Shown here: piece after piece, positions 10,614-19,927 of the stretch
Numbering within the stretch: the stretch's first letter is position 1
How the letters are laid out: every line of letters begins with the position of its first letter
Assembly (NCBI GenBank): GCA_903888615.1
Contig: CAISUE010000013.1
Coordinates: 7,247 to 71,246, forward strand
Length of the DNA: 64,000 nucleotides
Source: an uncultured Gammaproteobacteria bacterium
Lineage (GTDB): Bacteria > Pseudomonadota > Gammaproteobacteria > CAISUE01
Direction: 5' to 3'
Position numbers and translations under genes: made by a program
The notes under the pieces: generated by a model
The model's input: the letters and a program-made list of their open reading frames with translations, nothing else
Database searches by the model: none
Told to the model about the DNA's origin: nothing

Positions 10614-12830
10614 ATGCACCCAGCTAATGACCACAACGATGGCACAGAACCGCTAATAGTAAAAGATGCGCTACTGGTAGATTTTCAAGCGATTGTTCAA
10701 GCTTATGTCGCCTACACTACCCATTCAGAGTCACATTATCTTAATCGTTATTTCACTAACCGTGTTTATCCTGCTTACTCTTTTGCTGCCAGTGCTAGAC
10801 AAGACTTTATTACCGTTATTGATGCGATGAGTTTGATCGATCCGTCAGGAACTTGGCTTCCAGCTTTCAATGATCAATTACAAACCTTTAACGAACAAAA
10901 AGACGTGCTAGACTTTCTTTATGACTTTTTTATGCATGTGCAAACTGATCAAGCAACGGTCATGACGGAGCGTTTAAACAAGATTCGAGCAGCTTTAACA
11001 ACAACGTATTCAACTCTTGAAAGCGTGAATTCAGTAACGAAAAATCCTCCATATTCAACTACTGCATCTGCTCTTCGTGTTGAATATGCAAGCTATTCCC
11101 TTCTACGTAATCAAGATGAACACGCGATTTTGTTAGCCGCAGCACATCCAGAACAAGACTTGCCACTGGACAACGTATCATTAAATTCAGATACAAATTC
11201 AGACATCGAAAACGCATTACCTGTTGCAACTCACTCCCTCAAATATACTTATGATCAGGCGTTAGCAATTAAACAATGGCAACAAGATGCAGCAAGAATT
11301 AAAGCGTTATTAAAAAGCTTTAAAAAGAAAATCCATCATTTAGCGCAAGCACTGAATTTGCCTTGCCATTTGAAAAAAAAGGCCAACGATAGCACTGAAA
11401 ACACTACCATGCTATGGCAAGATGCTTATACGCTTGAGAGTACAGGTTACACAAGGATCTCTTTAGAAAAACAACAAAAACGCACACAACAAGTAATGGA
11501 TTGGCGGATAGGCACCGCAGCAGCGGTCATTATCGGTATTGGTGAAGGTGCTGTCGCGGTCACGGGTTTAAGCGATGCAACCACTCTGTCACCCTTAGCG
11601 ATAATGTTAATCGTTGGCACATCGGGTTGGTATATCAATTATTTACTTTTTAAAGGCGATATTCGTGACTGTTTAGATGAATTTTTTATCAATAAGACCC
11701 TTGGTGATCAAGCCTACTCGCGCTTATTCATCGATCAAAATAAGCAACCGCTATCTTTCGTTCAAAAAAACTTTACTCGCACTTTTGCTGTATTCTGTGC
11801 TGTTGTTGGTTTTGTGTTTGCTGCATTAAGCTTTGTCAGCAGCCAAGAGCAATTTCCCAAACTTATAGAAGACTTTAAAGCACCCTTCAGCCTAGATCCC
11901 ATTGGCTTAACAGTGCTCGCTGCTATTCCGGCTATTAGCGTTGGCATCGGCTTTACCGCTATTTTTTTTCGTGCTATTGCCGAACTCATTAAAGATCAAC
12001 AATGGCAACAGCTAGGCACTTTATTGCAAAGTTTGCTTCATCCCGCTTGGCAAGAAATGACCGCTAATGAAAGAATGCAGCATGTAATAAATGCTACGCT
12101 TAAAATAAGCATGATGGCAATCGCCATTGCTATTACAGGCTTGGTGGCTTTTTTTAGTTTTCCTATTTTCAAAAAAGATTGCGGCGATTTAATGGCGACG
12201 CTAGGTGATGCTGGTGTTTGGAATCCCATACTGGCTTTTGCAGCTACCCTAACTAATAATATCGTTTCTATTCCTTTTCAAATCAAAGCACCTTATGAAA
12301 TACTCAACGGTTTAATGAATACTGAAAATACCTTTGCGGCCATTCCTTCCAATGATCAAGTGCCCGAATTGTCTGTCATTCAACGCAGCAATCAACGCAT
12401 TCAATATATTAAAATCGCCTTGGCTATTCTAACCGGTTTAATCAATGCTATTGGCCAAGGCTTTTTATTCATGAACAGTGATTCGCCAGCTTTGATCGGC
12501 ACTTCAGTGAGTATGGCCGCCGCTTTTTCTTTTTTCCCCAATATTCGTGCTGCTATCATTGAAATCACGCGCCACCACGATCATTTAATGCTGAGCCCTG
12601 CGACCATTACTCAGCCAAATAGCAGTGTCATTCATGGCTTAGGATCACAAAGAGGGGATAATTCAGTGTCAGTTCGTCTTGGTAGTAGTCGCAGTAACAC
12701 CAGCTCTAACAAAACAACGCCTGGTTCAACGCCTAGTTCAAATCGTTCCTCTATTGCTGCTTTTCACAATATCAATGACTTAACAGCAGTTACTTTAAGA
12801 TCACGGAACGATTCTGATGCTACTTTATAG
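10614..12830 (+). CDS. hypothetical polytopic membrane protein (738 aa), lineage-specific; candidate secreted/translocated effector
   Basis: Long ORF with coherent codon usage. It has an N-terminal soluble region of about 290 aa, a central block of several hydrophobic helices, and a C-terminal Ser/Thr/Asn-rich tail. I recognise no conserved catalytic motif. It is more AT-rich than the flanking genes. Confidence 0.7.
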   Translation: MHPANDHNDGTEPLIVKDALLVDFQAIVQAYVAYTTHSESHYLNRYFTNRVYPAYSFAASARQDFITVIDAMSLIDPSGTWLPAFNDQLQTFNEQKDVLDFLYDFFMHVQTDQATVMTERLNKIRAALTTTYSTLESVNSVTKNPPYSTTASALRVEYASYSLLRNQDEHAILLAAAHPEQDLPLDNVSLNSDTNSDIENALPVATHSLKYTYDQALAIKQWQQDAARIKALLKSFKKKIHHLAQALNLPCHLKKKANDSTENTTMLWQDAYTLESTGYTRISLEKQQKRTQQVMDWRIGTAAAVIIGIGEGAVAVTGLSDATTLSPLAIMLIVGTSGWYINYLLFKGDIRDCLDEFFINKTLGDQAYSRLFIDQNKQPLSFVQKNFTRTFAVFCAVVGFVFAALSFVSSQEQFPKLIEDFKAPFSLDPIGLTVLAAIPAISVGIGFTAIFFRAIAELIKDQQWQQLGTLLQSLLHPAWQEMTANERMQHVINATLKISMMAIAIAITGLVAFFSFPIFKKDCGDLMATLGDAGVWNPILAFAATLTNNIVSIPFQIKAPYEILNGLMNTENTFAAIPSNDQVPELSVIQRSNQRIQYIKIALAILTGLINAIGQGFLFMNSDSPALIGTSVSMAAAFSFFPNIRAAIIEITRHHDHLMLSPATITQPNSSVIHGLGSQRGDNSVSVRLGSSRSNTSSNKTTPGSTPSSNRSSIAAFHNINDLTAVTLRSRNDSDATL

Positions 12831-13494
12831 TCGCCATAACCGCCACTTTATCACGCACATACCTCGGTAAGGCGTCGGCTGGATCAATGCGCTGATGCCA
12901 ATTAAGCGCAGCTAATTCAGCTATCGAACGCGCTGATGGCAATACAGGTGCTGCTAGCTGCCAGCACACTTCTTCTTTAGGAGCATAAGCGGCCCAACCA
13001 GGACCACAAATCACCGGTGACTCAAAGGGAGCTTGCTTTAAAAAGTGCCTTAAATCTTGATAAGACGTTAAACTTTCTGCTTGGATTTCTTCTAACCCAT
13101 TAGCCGCTAGGCGATACACAGCCCAATACAATTCATGCATGCGCGCATCGAGCGTCGCTAACAAATACGTTTGCAGATCCGTAACACGTGCTTGCCAAGC
13201 TATTGCTGCTAAGGTGGAAATGGGAATCACCGGTCTATTCACTCCGAACGCTAAACCTTGCGCCACCCCCGCAGCCATTCTAACGCCGGTAAAACTACCC
13301 GGCCCTCTGCCAAAGGCAATGGCATCGCAAGCGGTTAATGATGTTTGCCCTTCGGCTAACAACGCGTCGATCATCGGTAATAATTGTTGGCTGTGTTGCT
13401 TTGGCATGATCGCTTCATGCACTAACAGTGCACCTTGTTGATAAAGCGCGACGGAGCAAGCGTCACTCGATGTTTCTATAGCGAGAAGTTGCAT
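12820..13494 (-). CDS. tsaB: tRNA threonylcarbamoyladenosine biosynthesis protein TsaB
   Basis: 224-aa inactive Kae1/YgjD paralogue with an MQLLAIETSSDACSVAL N-terminus. Confidence 0.85.
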   Translation of the reverse strand: MQLLAIETSSDACSVALYQQGALLVHEAIMPKQHSQQLLPMIDALLAEGQTSLTACDAIAFGRGPGSFTGVRMAAGVAQGLAFGVNRPVIPISTLAAIAWQARVTDLQTYLLATLDARMHELYWAVYRLAANGLEEIQAESLTSYQDLRHFLKQAPFESPVICGPGWAAYAPKEEVCWQLAAPVLPSARSIAELAALNWHQRIDPADALPRYVRDKVAVMATIK

Positions 13495-13541
13495 GATAAG
13501 ATGGACGCCATTAAATCATTCGAAAATCTAAAATAGGCATT

Positions 13542-14687
13542 ATGTCACTCTTACACGCTTATTGGCAAACTTGGATCCATCATCGACGACGGCGCTTGCC
13601 TTACCGTTCTTGGTGGCAAACCTTGCATTTGGATGGCCCCCTGCTATTAGCATTACTGTGTTTAAGCGGTTGCGGCCTCGTGATACTTTATAGCGCTAGC
13701 GGCCAAAATTGGCTCACCGTCAGTCAACAAGCAGTCAAACTCAGTTTAGCGTTTATTTTTTTAGTCATTCTGGCGCAAATCCCCCCACAGCGTTATCGTC
13801 TTTGGGCTCCATGGCTCTACAGTATCTGCGTTTTGATGCTGGTGATGGTATTAGCGTTAGGCGTTATCAGTAAAGGTTCACAACGTTGGCTTAATTTAGG
13901 CTTGTTTCGCTTTCAACCGTCAGAATTAATGAAATTGGTTATGCCCTTAATGTTAGCGTGGTATTTTGATGGCTTTCATTTACCCCCTACCCTCAAACAA
14001 TTGGCTACCGCGTTAGTGCTTATTTTAGTGCCGGTCTTATTAGTCGCTAAGCAACCTGACTTGGGCACAGCACTGATCATCGCTTTTGCTGGGATCGGTG
14101 TTATTCTATTAGCTGGCATTCGCTGGCGGATTGTCCTTTGCGCCTTTATAGCCTTAGCGGCCTTAGGTCCTATGCTGTGGCATTTTATGCGCGATTATCA
14201 AAAACAACGCATTTTCACCTTACTCAACCCCGAACATGACCCCTTAGGCAAAGGCTACCACATTATTCAATCCAAAATTGCCATTGGCTCGGGGGGGTTA
14301 TGGGGTAAAGGTTGGTTACACGGTTCACAAGCGCATTTATCTTTTTTACCAGAACATGCGACCGATTTTATTTTTGCTGTCAGTGGCGAAGAATTTGGCT
14401 TTCTCGGTAGTGTGGTTTTAATTAGTTTATTTGGCTTTATTTTAGGTCGCGGGCTCTTTATAACCTCTGGCGCTAAAGATTCGTTTGGCCGTTTAGCCGC
14501 AGGTAGCATTACATTATTATTCTTTTTATCGGCTTTTGTTAATATGGCGATGGTATCGGGTTTATTACCCGTTGTCGGCATCCCATTGCCTTTGGTGAGT
14601 TACGGTGGCACGGCTTTAGTCACTTTCATCGCTTGCTTTGGTATCGTTATGAGTATTCATGCGCATCCTAAATTAGTCAGCACATAA
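13542..14687 (+). CDS. rodA: peptidoglycan glycosyltransferase / rod-shape determining protein RodA (SEDS family)
   Basis: Near-collinear match to E. coli RodA motifs (RWLNLGLFRFQPSELMK, AKQPDLGTA, YHIIQSKIAIGSGG, PLPLVSYGG). Confidence 0.92.
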   Translation: MSLLHAYWQTWIHHRRRRLPYRSWWQTLHLDGPLLLALLCLSGCGLVILYSASGQNWLTVSQQAVKLSLAFIFLVILAQIPPQRYRLWAPWLYSICVLMLVMVLALGVISKGSQRWLNLGLFRFQPSELMKLVMPLMLAWYFDGFHLPPTLKQLATALVLILVPVLLVAKQPDLGTALIIAFAGIGVILLAGIRWRIVLCAFIALAALGPMLWHFMRDYQKQRIFTLLNPEHDPLGKGYHIIQSKIAIGSGGLWGKGWLHGSQAHLSFLPEHATDFIFAVSGEEFGFLGSVVLISLFGFILGRGLFITSGAKDSFGRLAAGSITLLFFLSAFVNMAMVSGLLPVVGIPLPLVSYGGTALVTFIACFGIVMSIHAHPKLVST

Positions 14688-14733
14688 CTTTTCATAAAAC
14701 CATCACAACCTATTTTAAAAAGCGAATAATAAG

Positions 14734-15438
14734 ATGAAAAATAAAGCTACTAAAATTTATTTCACGATAATGCTCAGTGGGTTATTAACGGGCTGTTCAA
14801 GCACCCCTAAGCATACGCCGCATATCGTCAATGATGTCAATCAACGTGGCATGGTAATTGCCGCGCAAACCCAGAATCACTTACGCCCCCAATTAGTAAA
14901 TCTCGCGCTGCATGCGTATAACAATGCCCAATTGGATGGGTTTGGTAACAAACATATCTTGAGCATTATCGATTATTCACTGCCATCGACCATGAACCGC
15001 TTATGGATCATTAATCTTGATACTAACCAAGTGTTATTTGCTGAAAAAGTCGCACATGGTATTGGCAGCGGCACCCTGTATGCGACGCAATTCTCTGATC
15101 AGATCGATAGTCGCGAAAGCAGCATAGGCATGTACCAAACCCGTCTTAACGGTTATCGGGGTCGCCATGGTTATTCATTACGACTGATAGGGCTAGAACC
15201 CGGCTATAACGATCAAGCCTTTAAACGCGCCATCGTCTTACACAGTGCCCCTGATATCAGCGATGCGTTTATTCAAACGCATGGTTTTCTTGGCCTTACC
15301 TGGGGATGCCCGGCGATCAACCCCGCGCACATAAGACCTGTCATCAATACCCTTAGTGGTGGCACGCTGATTTTCGCTTATGCCAACGATCCGGCTTGGT
15401 TAAAAAACTCGCGTTTTCTTCAACTAAAACCCGTTTAA
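14734..15438 (+). CDS. L,D-transpeptidase-fold lipoprotein (YkuD_2 / EnhA-like family)
   Basis: Signal peptide with lipobox LLTGC. C-terminal H...G...WGC catalytic-like motif (HSAPDIS...THGFLGLTWGCPAINP). Paralogue of the 16379..17092 gene. Confidence 0.7.
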   Translation: MKNKATKIYFTIMLSGLLTGCSSTPKHTPHIVNDVNQRGMVIAAQTQNHLRPQLVNLALHAYNNAQLDGFGNKHILSIIDYSLPSTMNRLWIINLDTNQVLFAEKVAHGIGSGTLYATQFSDQIDSRESSIGMYQTRLNGYRGRHGYSLRLIGLEPGYNDQAFKRAIVLHSAPDISDAFIQTHGFLGLTWGCPAINPAHIRPVINTLSGGTLIFAYANDPAWLKNSRFLQLKPV

Positions 15439-16406
15439 GCCTCTGGCAAGGCGTTAACTGTTGCATCGTAACCAATGGCTACCGGAATGCCTGTTTGGTC
15501 ACGCATCACTGTTGCCACTTTTTGCCAATCGATCGTCGCTGGATGGTCTTTAAGGGCTAAGGCAATTTGTTCATTCGCCGAATGCGCATTATGGTATTCC
15601 GAAAAAGGACTCAAGGCTTGTAAATACAAACGATGATTTTGCCAGCCAGCTTTATCTTCAATGTGGATAAGCGTTACCGGTGTCCCCACGGGAACATGAT
15701 CGTATAAAAATTCAATATCCGCATCCCAAAGACGCATACACCCATGCGAGGCACGCCGGCCAATCGACCGAGGCGCCAATGTACCATGCATGCGCAAACC
15801 CTCTATTCCTAAATACAAGGCATAATGACCCAAAGGATTTTGCGGATCGTCCGAGGCATAAAACGCTTTTAAGCGTTTACCTTTAGCAATACTTTCAGCC
15901 ATAATGGAAGGCGGTACTGTCCACGTGGGATTCGCTTTTTTTGCAACCACTTCAGTAGTTCCCAATGGCGTATTCCAACCTATCCGCCCTGCTGCAATCG
16001 GAAAAATATCCACTTCAGGGGTATTAAGGGGGAAATAATAAACACGCAATTCTGCCAAATTCACGACTAAACCCACGCGTACGGGGGGTAAAATAAATTG
16101 GGCGGGAAGGGTCACTAATGTGCCTTTAGCTAATAACCGATCACTCGACAGAGCTTTATTGGCACTAAGCATTTCTGCATAACCGATATCAAAATCCGCA
16201 CCCACTTCAGCCAGAGTTTGTGGTTTTTTTACATTGATTGTACTGACTTTGCCGACCACAGCCTCCCCATTGAGCGGCAAGGGAAAACTCAACGCAAACG
16301 CGGCATGCACACTCGCCCATAAAAGACTTAAACAACAAACACGAGCTATGGTTCTCGGCATCCCTTTCATCCTAGTCCTTATAAATAGTTTGAATGGCTT
16401 AACCAA
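15435..16406 (-). CDS. L,D-transpeptidase (YkuD/ErfK/YbiS family catalytic domain)
   Basis: Signal peptide and the canonical catalytic motif SHGCMRL in its C-terminal domain. The start may be an internal Met (MKGMPRT). Confidence 0.8.
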   Translation of the reverse strand: MVKPFKLFIRTRMKGMPRTIARVCCLSLLWASVHAAFALSFPLPLNGEAVVGKVSTINVKKPQTLAEVGADFDIGYAEMLSANKALSSDRLLAKGTLVTLPAQFILPPVRVGLVVNLAELRVYYFPLNTPEVDIFPIAAGRIGWNTPLGTTEVVAKKANPTWTVPPSIMAESIAKGKRLKAFYASDDPQNPLGHYALYLGIEGLRMHGTLAPRSIGRRASHGCMRLWDADIEFLYDHVPVGTPVTLIHIEDKAGWQNHRLYLQALSPFSEYHNAHSANEQIALALKDHPATIDWQKVATVMRDQTGIPVAIGYDATVNALPEA

Positions 16407-17092
16407 TTACGGTCTGGCGCATAAGCAAATAATAATGTCCCAGCTTTAATAGTATTGATCACCACGCTTGCCACCCGTGGATTTAAAGCAAAACAACCGA
16501 AACTGCGGCCCAAACGCCCATGACTGGCAGCAAATTGGGCACTGACATAATTTGCTGCATGCATAACAATATTACGCGCTGCCGCATTTTCATTAAAACC
16601 TTTTTCTAAACCATTGAGTCGCAACGAATAGCCATGTTGGCCTTGATAAGGTTCCCCGGTAACAAATAAACCTAAGCTCGATTTTAAACTTTGCGGTTCA
16701 TTTGAAAACACCGTTGGAATATTTTCACCGCTATTTTTGGCGTGAGCCACCAATTCTTGAAATAATAGATTATTATTTTTCAAATCAAAAACCCATAATC
16801 TAGGTACAGTAGAAGCTTGTGAATAATCAACGATCGTTAAAATTTGTTGTTTATCAAAGCCTTGCGCGCGAGCTTTTTGATAAGACACTAAACCCAATTG
16901 CAGTGCACGTGGATTAAGGCCTGGCGCTTCATGACACAAAGCGTGCAGCGTCGCTTCAAAATCTTTTGGCATCGCTGCTGTTTGGGCGATAGCATGCTGT
17001 GTTAGTAATAATGCACCCGTTAACAAACTTAATTGCACAGATTTCTTAACGATTATCACGCTTACCTCACCGTTATTATTAAGGAGTACCAC
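16379..17092 (-). CDS. L,D-transpeptidase-fold secreted protein (YkuD_2 / EnhA-like family), paralogue of 14734..15438
   Basis: Signal peptide. Shares the motifs QILTIVDYS...RLWV..DL and HGRLGRSFGCFALNP with the 14734 ORF. Confidence 0.7.
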   Translation of the reverse strand: MVLLNNNGEVSVIIVKKSVQLSLLTGALLLTQHAIAQTAAMPKDFEATLHALCHEAPGLNPRALQLGLVSYQKARAQGFDKQQILTIVDYSQASTVPRLWVFDLKNNNLLFQELVAHAKNSGENIPTVFSNEPQSLKSSLGLFVTGEPYQGQHGYSLRLNGLEKGFNENAAARNIVMHAANYVSAQFAASHGRLGRSFGCFALNPRVASVVINTIKAGTLLFAYAPDRNWLSHSNYL

Positions 17093-17149
17093 TGTAACAC
17101 AGTCAGCTTAAGGCTGCCTTAAACGCCTTTATTCAAATTAAGCAGTAGC

Positions 17150-17224
17150 CTAGTTTCCTGGGGTTGCGCTACCGCTTAACCCCAGGCTGAGATTTTGAAG
17201 GCCTTTGGCCTTATGGATCTTTTT
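17150..17224. repeat. degenerate short copy of the palindromic repeat family seen at 24.3, 26.5 and 52.5 kb
   Basis: Contains agtttcctgg plus the hairpin ggggttgcgcta..gcttaacccc and the ggcctttggcc hairpin. These resemble the two hairpin modules of the longer copies. Confidence 0.45.
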
Positions 17225-17264
17225 CTTCGCCTAAATCCTCTCTAAGCTTCTATGTCAAATGCGC

Positions 17265-19868
17265 TTACCCGGGTAAGCGCGCTTCGATAAATAGCCTGGC
17301 AGCTGCCAAAGCTTCGGGCATTTCCTGGACTTGATCACCCGAACCCGTAGCAAAATCAGCTCGACCACCACCTTTACCACCCACAATAGCCGTTATTTTA
17401 GCCATCAATTGCCCTGCATGACAGCATTTTGCAACCTCACTGCTGGCTAGCGCAATCAACTGCACTTGCTGTTGTTGTACCGTCGCTAACACGATAAAAC
17501 AGGAAGTTAAACGATCGCGTAAATGCTCAGCAAGCTTTTTTAATACTGCCACTTCAAAATCTTCAACCCCTGCCACTAAAACATTCACTTCAGCAATTCG
17601 CTTTACTTGGGTTACTAACTGTTCGCCGTACAATTGAGCGATTTTCAGTTGTGCTTGGGCCAAAGACAGTTCTTGTTGTTTGGCATTCACCAATAATTGC
17701 GTCAAGCGCTCCAATAATTGCTGTGGTTTCGCTTTAACTAATTGACTGGCTGCCAGCATTTCCGTTTGCAAAGCATCGATCCACTGCAACGCTTGGGTCC
17801 CTGTCAACGCTTCAAGACGCCGAACACCAGCAGCAACCCCAGATTCATGGGTAATTTTAAATAAACCTAGGTTACCCGTGTGTGCCACATGGGTACCCCC
17901 GCACAATTCTTTTGAAACTTTGCCCATCGATAACACCCGTACTTCAGCGCCGTATTTTTCACCAAACAAAGCCATGGCTCCAGCTTGAATAGCATCGCTT
18001 GGCGTCATTAATTGCGTGATAACCGGATAATTGGCGCGAATAAAGGCATTCACTAACGATTCGACTTGATGCACTTCAGCCGCGCTTAGTGCCGCTGAAT
18101 GGGTAAAATCAAACCGCAAACGTTTAGCATCGACCAGTGATCCTTTTTGTTCTACCTGCGGACCTAACACTTGCTGTAAAGCTGCGTGCAATAAATGTGT
18201 CGCTGAATGATTGCAGGCGGTTGCCATTCGCGTTTGGGCATCCACAACCGCTTCCACGGATTCCCCAACTGTTAAAGAACCGTGCGTTAGCGAACCGTAA
18301 TGGACGATAGCTTCTGCCACTTTTTGAGTATCGGTTACAGTAAATAGCCCATTTGGCGTTTGAATCACTCCAATATCACCGACTTGACCACCGGATTCCC
18401 CATAAAAAGGACTGCTGGCTAAAATCACTTGGCCACTTTGGCCCATGTGCAATTGAGCGACTAAAGCACCATCTTGATACAATTCACGGATGCTCGTCGT
18501 TAAGGTTGTCTGATCATAGCCGACAAACCTCGAGCTTTCCTGCGTGCTAAGACGCACTTCCGTACTAAGGTTAAATTTATTAGCCTCTTTCGATAAACGA
18601 CGTTGCCTTGCCATCGCTACGTCAAAACCGCTTTCATCGATGCTTAAACCCTGTTCACGGGCAATATCTGCCGTTAAATCCATGGGAAAACCATACGTGT
18701 CATACAATTTAAAGACCGCATCCCCTGGAATTACGGTAGCGGTACCCAATGTGTCGATAACTTCTGTCAATAACGTTAAACCCAAAGCTAAGGTTTTGGC
18801 AAATTGCTGTTCTTCTTGCAAAATAACCGCTTCAATGGTGTGTTGCTTGACGTGTAATTCAGGATAAGCCTCAGCCATCACTGCCACTAAAGCTGGCACT
18901 AATTTATGAAAAAATATCCCTGGCAAACCCAGCTTGTGACCATGGCGAATCGCGCGACGAATGATCCGTCGCAACACATAACCCCGCCCTTCATTAAGTG
19001 GCATGACGCCATCGAGGATTAAAAAACTGCTGGCGCGTAAATGATCAGCGATTACTCTGAGCGATTGCTGGTTTAAATCAGAACAATTCGCTAACGTCGC
19101 TGCTGCTTGAATCAAGGGAACAAATAAATCCGTATCGTAATTATTATGCACATGCTGTAACACAGCTGCTAAACGCTCCAAACCCATGCCCGTATCAACC
19201 GACGGTTTGGGTAGCGGCGTTAAGGTGCCATCCAAACTGCGATTAAACTGCATGAATACTAAATTCCAAATTTCAATATAGCGATCACCATTTTCATCAA
19301 GTGTTCCGGGTGGGCCACCCCAAATATCAGCGCCATGATCATAAAAGATTTCTGAACATGGGCCACAAGGGCCAGTATCGCCCATCGACCAAAAATTATC
19401 TTTGGCACCGATCAATGATAAACGCGCAGGATCAACACCCACTTCATTTAACCAAATATCGCGCGCTTCGACATCTTCTTCAAACACTGTGACCCACAAA
19501 CGCTCTGGAGGCAGGTGCAATTCTGCTGTTAAAAAGCGCCACGCCAAGTGAATCGCTTCGCGTTTAAAATAATCACCGAAACTGAAATTACCTAACATTT
19601 CAAAAAATGTATGGTGACGCGCGGTATAGCCGACATTTTCTAAATCATTGTGTTTACCACCAGCGCGCAAACACCGCTGGCTGGATACCGCTTTACGATA
19701 GGGACGTTGATCGGTCCCTAAAAACACATCTTTAAATTGCACCATGCCTGCATTGGTAAATAATAAAGTCGGATCATTGCCCGGCACCAAACTACTTGAA
19801 GGCACAATCGTATGGCCTTGGCTTGCAAAAAAATTTAAAAACCGCGCGCGAATGTCAGAAGATTTCAT
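17265..19868 (-). CDS. alaS: alanine--tRNA ligase
   Basis: 867 aa with a class II aaRS core and a conserved N-terminus (FLNFFASQGHTIVPSSSLVP). Confidence 0.95.
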   Translation of the reverse strand: MKSSDIRARFLNFFASQGHTIVPSSSLVPGNDPTLLFTNAGMVQFKDVFLGTDQRPYRKAVSSQRCLRAGGKHNDLENVGYTARHHTFFEMLGNFSFGDYFKREAIHLAWRFLTAELHLPPERLWVTVFEEDVEARDIWLNEVGVDPARLSLIGAKDNFWSMGDTGPCGPCSEIFYDHGADIWGGPPGTLDENGDRYIEIWNLVFMQFNRSLDGTLTPLPKPSVDTGMGLERLAAVLQHVHNNYDTDLFVPLIQAAATLANCSDLNQQSLRVIADHLRASSFLILDGVMPLNEGRGYVLRRIIRRAIRHGHKLGLPGIFFHKLVPALVAVMAEAYPELHVKQHTIEAVILQEEQQFAKTLALGLTLLTEVIDTLGTATVIPGDAVFKLYDTYGFPMDLTADIAREQGLSIDESGFDVAMARQRRLSKEANKFNLSTEVRLSTQESSRFVGYDQTTLTTSIRELYQDGALVAQLHMGQSGQVILASSPFYGESGGQVGDIGVIQTPNGLFTVTDTQKVAEAIVHYGSLTHGSLTVGESVEAVVDAQTRMATACNHSATHLLHAALQQVLGPQVEQKGSLVDAKRLRFDFTHSAALSAAEVHQVESLVNAFIRANYPVITQLMTPSDAIQAGAMALFGEKYGAEVRVLSMGKVSKELCGGTHVAHTGNLGLFKITHESGVAAGVRRLEALTGTQALQWIDALQTEMLAASQLVKAKPQQLLERLTQLLVNAKQQELSLAQAQLKIAQLYGEQLVTQVKRIAEVNVLVAGVEDFEVAVLKKLAEHLRDRLTSCFIVLATVQQQQVQLIALASSEVAKCCHAGQLMAKITAIVGGKGGGRADFATGSGDQVQEMPEALAAARLFIEARLPG

Positions 19869-19927
19869 AAAGGGTCATTGTATTAACATACAGTTATTTT
19901 AAGGTTATTCATGCTGAGAAACGCATG

